Assembly (NCBI GenBank): GCA_028867755.1 | Contig: JAGWFT010000001.1 | Location: forward strand, 1-64,000 | Direction of reading: 5' to 3' | Source of the DNA: Nitrososphaerota archaeon | GTDB taxonomy: Archaea; Thermoproteota; Nitrososphaeria; Nitrososphaerales; Nitrosopumilaceae | DNA: 64,000 nt | Part shown: positions 56,923 through 64,000 of the stretch, in pieces | Numbering within the stretch: position 1 is the first letter of the stretch | Layout of the letters: the number at the start of each line of letters is the position of its first letter | Position numbers and translations under genes: made by a program | The notes under the pieces: model-generated | What the model was told of the DNA's origin: nothing | Databases searched by the model: none | What the model saw: only the letters and a program-made list of their open reading frames with translations

Positions 56923-58209
56923 TTATATTTTTTCCAAGATCTTGTCATATTCCCAAGGGCCACACTTTGTCTTGGATATCTTTACAGTTCCACTTTTTTG
57001 CAGTTCTCCTATGACATGTATTGCAAACGGTAGCGCACCTGTTGCACCAGGCGAGTTGTAGTTTAGTATGTGGATTGATTTTTCTCCTTGTTTTATTACC
57101 GCATCTGGTACAAACTTGCCTGCGCTGTCAATTACTGATGCCCTTACTCCTGCCGTACCTCTAGTATGAAACTTTGACTGGTCTACCTTTGGGAGAAATT
57201 CCCTTACGCGATTGATCATCACTGTCTTTGATACAGAAGAGAGAAACTCTCCTGACGCAAGCGAGAGAAACTGGGAATCAAATAGCATCTTTGCAGCACC
57301 AGACAAGAGCATCTCTACAATCTTTGATGGAAACTCTTTGATGTTTTCTGTAAAATTATACCCATAAGGGCTGAAGACTGGCACTGCATTTGGTCCCACC
57401 TCGCAGCGCCCATCATGTCTTACAATCCAGTGCGGGTCAAGAAATGGATACTCGGGATGCTTTGGAACTGAATAGACTGAGACTTTGGTTAGGTTGTTGT
57501 AAATATTGTCTGCCTGCCAGTACTCACCGCGAAAGTGAATGTCGGTAAGATCTTGTGCCACACCCATTGCATGAGCAATATCAATTGACATCCCGCCTGC
57601 TGCGTTTATAATAAAATCTGTTTGTATGGTGCCAGAATTTGTTTTTATTTCAAGGAAATCTTTTCTGTCTTTGATCTCTTCTGCCCTTGTACTTAGCAGA
57701 AAACTGGCACCACTTTGTTTTGCGTCTTCCATAAGTGAAGATGTAAACTTGCCATAGTCTACTGATGCATCTTTTGTACAGAAAATTGCCTTTTGACAGT
57801 GTACCTCTGGTTCCTGTCTTGACACTTCAGAGCTGTCTAAAAGTTTCAGCTCTTCTTTTTTGAGTCCGTTTTGCTCACCCCATGACATGTATTTTTCAAG
57901 TCTCTTTGTTCCCTCTTCGTCAAGAGATACCTCCAGTACTCCATCTCTTTTGAATGGCAAGTTTTTTTGCTTTGCATATGTCTCCCACATCTCAAAGCCA
58001 AGCGCTGCTGCCTTTGCAAAGAACTTCTTTTTTTGCGGGTCATAAAGAAATGGTGCATGAACCTTTCCTGTGTTTCTTGAACTGGTATGAAATGCAACCT
58101 CTTGTGCCTGCTCCAGCACTAGAATATTTTTGTCTGTCACATGCGATAGAAAATATGCAAGCGAGGTTCCTAAAATTCCGCCTCCAACTATTGTAATGTT
58201 AGATTTCAA
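56923..58209 (-). CDS. FAD-dependent oxidoreductase, L-2-hydroxyglutarate oxidase (LhgO)-like
   Basis: IVGGGILG, HTSSRNTGKVHA, FRGEY, PFLDPH, GPNA, AGVRA, YNSPGATG. Confidence 0.88.
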   Translation of the reverse strand: MKSNITIVGGGILGTSLAYFLSHVTDKNILVLEQAQEVAFHTSSRNTGKVHAPFLYDPQKKKFFAKAAALGFEMWETYAKQKNLPFKRDGVLEVSLDEEGTKRLEKYMSWGEQNGLKKEELKLLDSSEVSRQEPEVHCQKAIFCTKDASVDYGKFTSSLMEDAKQSGASFLLSTRAEEIKDRKDFLEIKTNSGTIQTDFIINAAGGMSIDIAHAMGVAQDLTDIHFRGEYWQADNIYNNLTKVSVYSVPKHPEYPFLDPHWIVRHDGRCEVGPNAVPVFSPYGYNFTENIKEFPSKIVEMLLSGAAKMLFDSQFLSLASGEFLSSVSKTVMINRVREFLPKVDQSKFHTRGTAGVRASVIDSAGKFVPDAVIKQGEKSIHILNYNSPGATGALPFAIHVIGELQKSGTVKISKTKCGPWEYDKILEKI

Positions 58210-58850
58210 TTACTTTCTTATCTGGCATTATATTCATAGATGTTTTGATTGGATTGTGTCGATATCTTGCAACTACAAATAGTTTTTGCAAGTAGATCCT
58301 TGGTTATAATGGTCTTTCTTATAGTATTACATCAACAGGTCATAGAGTTCTTTTTTTACTCTCTTTATGATCTAATCGTTGACTCTGCCAAAGCTTCGAA
58401 TGGCGATAGATTTTTCCAAGGTAAATCTGATACTTGCCTTTATTCTGTTGGCTTTGGGAGCAAGTTTTACGTCAAGATTACTTAAAATCAAGTGTAAAAT
58501 TTAGTTTTTGGAGATTAAAGGAATAAAAAGAAGTTTTCGAGTGATACTTACATATTCTACATTTTTCCACTCTTTCTTGTTTTGTGTTCACAGTTACATA
58601 CAACTCATGTCTGTGCCCACGCTTTTTGTAGCGCCTGATTCGCAGTGTCACGCGCCTAAATGGTCTTATGTTCCTGCTACTTCGAACGCTTATTCTTCCA
58701 TGCATTAACTCATGGCGATCATCTTGTCAACCGTGTTTTCACATTTAAGAATTAAGATACATTTGTCTAGTCTTGAAGTTAATTTCAAAGTGAATTTCAG
58801 ATATGGATTCTATGGTAAAATTTAATTTGTTTTACGATATATAGAAAACA

Positions 58851-59315
58851 ATGAAAATTAAATGGCTAGGATTGTTGATTGTAGCAATATTTGCAGCATC
58901 TTCTTCTTCTAGTCCTGTGTGGGCTGCATTTGATACTGATGGTAACTATTACTGCAATGCAAGCAACTTGCCACTAGAGGAGACAATCTACAAGTCATCT
59001 GTTGCAAAGATAGACAGCGAACTTGAATCATATCTCTCGCTAAACCCAAGTGCATCAGACCAAGAACTTCACAGCTATCTTATATCAAATCCTGATGTAG
59101 TTGGGCCATATTCTGTTATGGAACAGTCAAAGGCATGTCTGCAGTCAAACGGAATCACACCTGGTGCGGTTGCAGCTCCAAGCTCGCTATTGCTTGAGGT
59201 ATTTGCAGCACCAGAATTTGGCGTGATATCCGGATTGATCTTTGTTGTTACACTGACAAGCGTTGTCGTACTTCAAAGTAGATTAAACAAGTCTATTCTT
59301 CTAAAGAATTTTTAG
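58851..59315 (+). CDS. PEFG-CTERM surface protein
   Basis: Signal peptide, small helical domain with two Cys, APEFG + TM + basic tail. Confidence 0.82.
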   Translation: MKIKWLGLLIVAIFAASSSSSPVWAAFDTDGNYYCNASNLPLEETIYKSSVAKIDSELESYLSLNPSASDQELHSYLISNPDVVGPYSVMEQSKACLQSNGITPGAVAAPSSLLLEVFAAPEFGVISGLIFVVTLTSVVVLQSRLNKSILLKNF

Positions 59316-59890
59316 GGTGCTGCTTGGCCCCAGCCTCTTTGTTCCAACATCGACATGACACTCTGGCTTACGCATGCAGGTCTTGAATCAAATTTGTTCA
59401 GCATCAGATAGTATCCTAATGCGCACTTGACATTGGCTGGTGCAGTTCCTGATGCTACTTGTTTTGCAGGCGATGGTGTTGGAGCTGGTGGTGGGACAGT
59501 GGCTGTATGGCCCATTTCATTTACCATACCATTTGTCATGGTTCTGTTCATGCCTGTCATGGTACCATTTTCCATCTTGTTTGTCATGGTGCCATTTGTA
59601 ATCTTTGTCGCAGTTACATTTGCAGAGATGCCTATCTGTGTTGTCATGGCTGGTATTCCAGTACTGTTTGCGCTCTTAGACATGGTGCTGTTTGTCTTTG
59701 TGGCATTTTGTCCTCCTGCGGTATAGACCTCGCCTGGCTTGCATGGATGGTCACCGCAGATCTTGGTACATGGGTATGATGCAGAGCATGGTGTGCCTCC
59801 TCCGGCACCTGCCATCTGGGCTGATGCCAGGCCGTATCCTACAGTAGAGCTTGCAAGTATGATTGATAATATGATTGGAGCTAGCTTCAT
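59312..59890 (-). CDS. Exported Met/Thr/Asn-rich protein with Cys-containing end domains
   Basis: Signal peptide; CSASYPCTKICGDHPC; Met-rich linker; PAKQV..G..P.NVKC...RPACV...RGWG domain. Confidence 0.82.
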   Translation of the reverse strand: MKLAPIILSIILASSTVGYGLASAQMAGAGGGTPCSASYPCTKICGDHPCKPGEVYTAGGQNATKTNSTMSKSANSTGIPAMTTQIGISANVTATKITNGTMTNKMENGTMTGMNRTMTNGMVNEMGHTATVPPPAPTPSPAKQVASGTAPANVKCALGYYLMLNKFDSRPACVSQSVMSMLEQRGWGQAAP

Positions 59891-60164
59891 GGTATACCAT
59901 CTAAGAAGTTTGAACAGATAAACCTTGAGATTTGTTCTTACTTTATATTCTTAAAAAGAAGTCAGAACTAGGCAGTTTTTCTGCTATTTCTTTTTTGTAT
60001 GCATGAACCTATTGAGCGTCTCTTTTGGCGATATGGTCTCAAGATATCTATCTGTCATGAACATATCTTACAAGGGGTTGTAAAGGGCATCAGTATATCG
60101 TGACAAATGACAAAGAACTAAAGAAAGCCAGTACATAGGCCAACAACTTGACAGCACCTCATCC

Positions 60165-60359
60165 TCATAACCAGTGCTTGTTTGCATTGATGTATATTTT
60201 CACGAACCACTGCAAAAATGGCATCTCGTCATTTATCAAATTGGACCTTTCAAGCACCTTGTAGTATTGGTGCCGTTGTGCATACTGTATGTTTAGCATA
60301 GGATATTTGCCTTCATCGAGGATGCAGTTCATCATCAGTATGCCAAATGTTTGTCTTTT
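60165..60359 (-). pseudogene. Probable C-terminal remnant of a Fic-family gene
   Basis: Frame reads KRQTFGILMMNCILDEGKYPMLNIQYAQRHQYYKVLERSNLINDEMPFLQWFVKIYINANKHWL, resembling the segment after the Fic HPFxDGNGR motif; in-frame TGA at 60360-60362 and no catalytic motif. Confidence 0.55.
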
Positions 60360-60409
60360 TCATACCACACCAAGTTGTTTAAATTTCCAATATTGACACA
60401 AAACAGCAG

Positions 60410-61780
60410 ATGAAATATCATACGATAATTGCAATTTTGATCTTTTCATCTATCTTGTGTACCATAATATTTCAAAATGCCAACGCATTGGAAATAGAAC
60501 TACGCAACAAGAAAGGTGAGCTTGTATACTCTGAGAAAAACATTGCAGGGTATTCTTTTGAGATTGGGCCATGGGCAGCACCACTTGTTATCACAAATGT
60601 AATTTTATTTTCATTGGTGTTTTTGTATCATAAAAAAATTCTTCCAAGTATCATTAGGAAATTAATCATGATGATCTTCAAGTTTGAGATCTCACGAAAA
60701 GTTGCGTTTGTGTGTCTTGCAGTTCTGCTAATAATGTATGTTGGTTTTAGTGTCAATAGGCTTCTCCAGCCCCCTGACCAGCTACCTGATTATCCCTTGT
60801 TTTTGCAGCTGACCAAAAATTGGAAAGGAGCTATTTCTTCAGACTATGCTGTGAATGTTAGGTTTGTTCTATCTTCAATATCATATTATTTCCTAGGAAA
60901 TGTTAGAATAGTTCCATTTCTTGAAAGCATTTCACTTCTTTTGTTATCTTATTATTTTACAGCTCAACTTTCAGAAAAGAGATTTGCTGGAATAATATCT
61001 GTAGTAATTATTCTACAAAGTAATCTTTTTTGGCAATATGATACTACTCCTACTGAAGATAATGCGTGGACACTTTTCTATCTTCTTTCGCTTGTACTTA
61101 TCGCCAAAAGACAACAATATCTTTCTCCAATAGCATATGTTCTATCATTTTTCTGTAAGCCTTTAATAGCTATCTTTATTCCCTTTACCTATTATTTTAT
61201 TTATAGATCAGAAAATTCTAAAAAGGAAAAAATTCGGATTTCCATTTTCTATGCTGTTGTAGTAATTTTACTTTTATTAGGCATTATGACTTTGTTTACA
61301 GGAGCTTTTACAGGTCCAGGTGTGCAAGAACGTGGACTCAAAATTCATATAGAAAATTTCCTTCCTGAATTTGCTATACTCGGAGATTATCTAAGATCTG
61401 ATGGTTTGGTGCTTTTGTTTCTGCTACCACTCGTTGTGGGGTTATTTAATGCAACAAGAAAGAATGTACTTCACGCAGATTCATTCATGTTTCTTATTTT
61501 TGGCATACTATCTTCAGGACCGCTTCTTGTAACATTCACCGGAACTAATGATGAGCCTTACAGATATGTTCCATTAATTATTTATTTTTCAATTGGAGTA
61601 GGACTGTTGTTATCAAACAAATTTATTGATTCTTCCGTCCCTTCTAAAAATCGTCCTTTATCTACTCTAGTTTTTCTTGCTTGTATTGTTATAGTTCTTT
61701 ATAGTCTTTTCTTGGCATTCTTCCCAGGATTTTATTCAGGACCTGTAACTAAACACTATATTACTGATTTTGGAAGCTAG
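60410..61780 (+). CDS. Polytopic membrane protein, GT-C-like
   Basis: 456 aa with many TM helices; QLPDY loop, YDTTPTED, RYVPL. Confidence 0.7.
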   Translation: MKYHTIIAILIFSSILCTIIFQNANALEIELRNKKGELVYSEKNIAGYSFEIGPWAAPLVITNVILFSLVFLYHKKILPSIIRKLIMMIFKFEISRKVAFVCLAVLLIMYVGFSVNRLLQPPDQLPDYPLFLQLTKNWKGAISSDYAVNVRFVLSSISYYFLGNVRIVPFLESISLLLLSYYFTAQLSEKRFAGIISVVIILQSNLFWQYDTTPTEDNAWTLFYLLSLVLIAKRQQYLSPIAYVLSFFCKPLIAIFIPFTYYFIYRSENSKKEKIRISIFYAVVVILLLLGIMTLFTGAFTGPGVQERGLKIHIENFLPEFAILGDYLRSDGLVLLFLLPLVVGLFNATRKNVLHADSFMFLIFGILSSGPLLVTFTGTNDEPYRYVPLIIYFSIGVGLLLSNKFIDSSVPSKNRPLSTLVFLACIVIVLYSLFLAFFPGFYSGPVTKHYITDFGS

Positions 61781-61930
61781 TATTGCAGTAAATCTTACTT
61801 TTCTTGAGTAGTATATCTCTAGATATGTACTTGTTGAGTTACCGACTGTTGAAGTATAGATTGTTATTAACAAATATCAAGAATTGCAAATAGTAAAAAG
61901 CTACAATTATCAGATTAATTTAGATGGAAA

Positions 61931-62623
61931 TTGACAAGAATGATTGAGCAAGCATCCTCTACAAATAGGAGTTTTCTTTCGATAAGAAAGATACTAGATG
62001 AAAAACATTTATCTCATAAATCTAGTACAATTTTCACGTTAGCCAAATACTATATCAAATTAAAGATTGGCGAGCTTACAAAGCAAGTATATCGTATTGG
62101 AAAAGAAAATGTTTTAGATATTCCTCTATTCGATAGGAATAAAAATATTTACAATTTTCTGGATATAACCATTCGTAACTTTATTAAAAAAAATTCATTA
62201 CTACCTAACGTTATTGATCCTACCAAAAACCAAGGATACGAACATGTTGGTTTTGGTGTCTTTTTAGCAAGATTATTAGGCGATTCCCTATTAATTACAC
62301 AGGGGGGAGCTAGTTTTTACTTTTCAACGTCAAAAAAAGAAGACATGGTACTTTCCATAACTTTTTTTTCAATTCCAAAAATTTCTGGTACTGTTAAATT
62401 TGAGGATAGCAAGATAGCAGACTTTAAGATACCAAGTATAACACAACGTACCATCACATTGCAAATTAGTAAAGACTGGCTACGAGATACGACTTCAAAA
62501 ATAACAATATCGACTAATGAGTTTTGGTCACCGTATTTTTTTGATAAAAAATTTTATCACATTCCTGTAGGAGTTGGAATTAGAAAGATTATACTCTATT
62601 CAAAAGATCAAATCAGTGATTGA
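61931..62623 (+). CDS. Hypothetical low-GC protein with a beta-sandwich C-terminus
   Basis: 230 aa; ends FWSP.....IPVGVGIRKIIL, like carbohydrate-binding-type sandwiches appended to glycosylation genes. Confidence 0.55.
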   Translation: MTRMIEQASSTNRSFLSIRKILDEKHLSHKSSTIFTLAKYYIKLKIGELTKQVYRIGKENVLDIPLFDRNKNIYNFLDITIRNFIKKNSLLPNVIDPTKNQGYEHVGFGVFLARLLGDSLLITQGGASFYFSTSKKEDMVLSITFFSIPKISGTVKFEDSKIADFKIPSITQRTITLQISKDWLRDTTSKITISTNEFWSPYFFDKKFYHIPVGVGIRKIILYSKDQISD

Positions 62624-63786
62624 CACAGGGACTCAAACCTTTGATTTAGTAATTTGAGATCGTATACATTAAGAACTTTTTCTCTTCCTTTTATTCCTAA
62701 TTTTTCTCGTAGTTCTTTATTGTTGGCTAACTTTTCTATCGCTTTAGTCAATTGAGAGTTGTTACCAAAGTCAACTAGTATACTATCTATACCATCACTA
62801 GCAACTTCTCTGATTGCTTCTATGTTACATCCTATTACTGGCTTTGAACATGCCCATGCTTCAAGATAGACAATTCCAAGCGAGTCACTTCTAGATGGCA
62901 TTGCAAATATATCACAGTCATAGAAAACATTTTTCTTTATCTCATCAGAAACCACTCCCAAATCATGGATATGTTCTAAGAATTTTTTTTCTAATTTTTT
63001 TACATATTCAACATAGTCTGGCATCGATGGTCCTATGAGAACTAGTTCAATATCCTTCTTCTTATTCCAGCAATTCTTCAAGGCATCAATTAAACTAATA
63101 GTACCCTTATCAAATGATTTTGCACCAGCGGATAAAATAATTATTGCTCGTTCCGAAATTCTAAGTTTTACTCTGATGTTTTCTTTTGGTCTATTCCATA
63201 ATTCCATGTTCAACCCAGGAGGTATTATTTTTATTTTTTCATCATTGATTTTGTATTTTAGCAGGGCAATCTTTTCTACATTAGTATTGACAATTATCGC
63301 ATCGGCGTCACATAGCATTCCTAGCCTTAACCCTGTAAAATACAATTCGGGATATTGTAGGTGTATGTGTGGAACAATAATGATAGGAATCTTGTTATTT
63401 TTGGCAGCTATGTAAGCTGGTATTATGTGATCATATGGATATGCTGTTGCAATCACCAGATCGTATGAAGAACCAATATTTGCCAATTCCTCCCACATTT
63501 GAGGACAAAATGGACCAGGTATTGAAATCGGAAATGCAAAGTCATACATTTTCCTATCAATTTCTGATGGCGTAACAATTTCAAATCGTTTTACTTCATA
63601 TTTTTTGTTATCAAATGATCCTACTTTTTTTGCTTTTGGATCCCAAAATGACTTCAGTTCAAGAGAGTTAGTAGTAAATACCGTAATTTTGTGATTGTTA
63701 GAAAGATAATCCAATATACTTTCGATTGATTTTTCCGAACCACCAATGGCTGGACTAAATCGTTGCACTACACATAAAATTTTCAA
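62608..63786 (-). CDS. GT4 glycosyltransferase
   Basis: PAIGGSE, IIPPG, PSRSDSLGIVYLEAWACSKPVI (ExxxxxxxE-type motif, with D). Confidence 0.9.
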   Translation of the reverse strand: MKILCVVQRFSPAIGGSEKSIESILDYLSNNHKITVFTTNSLELKSFWDPKAKKVGSFDNKKYEVKRFEIVTPSEIDRKMYDFAFPISIPGPFCPQMWEELANIGSSYDLVIATAYPYDHIIPAYIAAKNNKIPIIIVPHIHLQYPELYFTGLRLGMLCDADAIIVNTNVEKIALLKYKINDEKIKIIPPGLNMELWNRPKENIRVKLRISERAIIILSAGAKSFDKGTISLIDALKNCWNKKKDIELVLIGPSMPDYVEYVKKLEKKFLEHIHDLGVVSDEIKKNVFYDCDIFAMPSRSDSLGIVYLEAWACSKPVIGCNIEAIREVASDGIDSILVDFGNNSQLTKAIEKLANNKELREKLGIKGREKVLNVYDLKLLNQRFESLCQSLI

Positions 63787-63975
63787 ATCTTATCAAAATA
63801 ACAGCTAATGATGTGATATTTCAGTTTTCAGTATGAAAAATTAGTCATCTTGCCACTTATCCCTTGGATTAGTGCAGTTTTAATCTATGAACACCAAAGT
63901 TTTAAAATGAGGCGGGAGATTAAAGTATATGATTACAAGAGATTTATTGGGGTTCGCTGAAATTGTGAAAAGATT

Positions 63976-64000
63976 TTGAACAAAATACTTGTTACAGGCT
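63976..64000 (+). CDS. Start of a probable NAD-dependent epimerase/SDR gene, truncated by the window end
   Basis: TTG AAC AAA ATA CTT GTT ACA GGC = MNKILVTG, the first strand of a Rossmann fold; sugar-gene context. Confidence 0.5.

Noticed and set aside
58210-58850. 640-bp gap with weak ORFs on both strands (75, 66 and 78 aa)
   Set aside because: No recognisable motif or consistent frame; may be decayed coding DNA but cannot be assigned.

Overview
A 64-kb chromosomal window from an ammonia-oxidising archaeon (Nitrososphaerota/Thaumarchaeota). The inference rests on the 3HP/4HB carbon-fixation pair (ADP-forming 4-hydroxybutyrate-CoA ligase plus 4-hydroxybutyryl-CoA dehydratase), the AOA-type cox operon with a cupredoxin, a Nitrosopumilus-type S-layer gene, PEF(G)-CTERM proteins and many lineage-specific exported proteins. 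A Nitrosotalea-like soil or acid lineage is plausible but unproven. Core genes (trxA, DEAD-box helicase, signal peptidase, rnhA, lysC, ilvE, cox, ctaA, tRNA-Val(UAC), intron-containing tRNA-Lys(CUU)) alternate with accessory blocks: a copper-export locus; a co-oriented block of a processive GT2, a probably inactive polysaccharide deacetylase, a response regulator and surface proteins next to tRNA-Val; a 2030-aa NHL-propeller surface protein; a one-component signalling cluster with an atypical class III cyclase next to tRNA-Lys; and a surface-glycosylation region after the S-layer gene. Reading the sequence directly also gave items missing from the ORF track: four microproteins (C2H2 finger, Cys-rich, 24-aa basic peptide, 58-aa ORF), a homopolymer frameshift that cuts an RHH domain off its gene, a probable AUA start, and a Fic gene remnant. 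No CRISPR array, rRNA, integrase or transposase was seen. All family assignments come from motif recognition by eye; no database searches were run.
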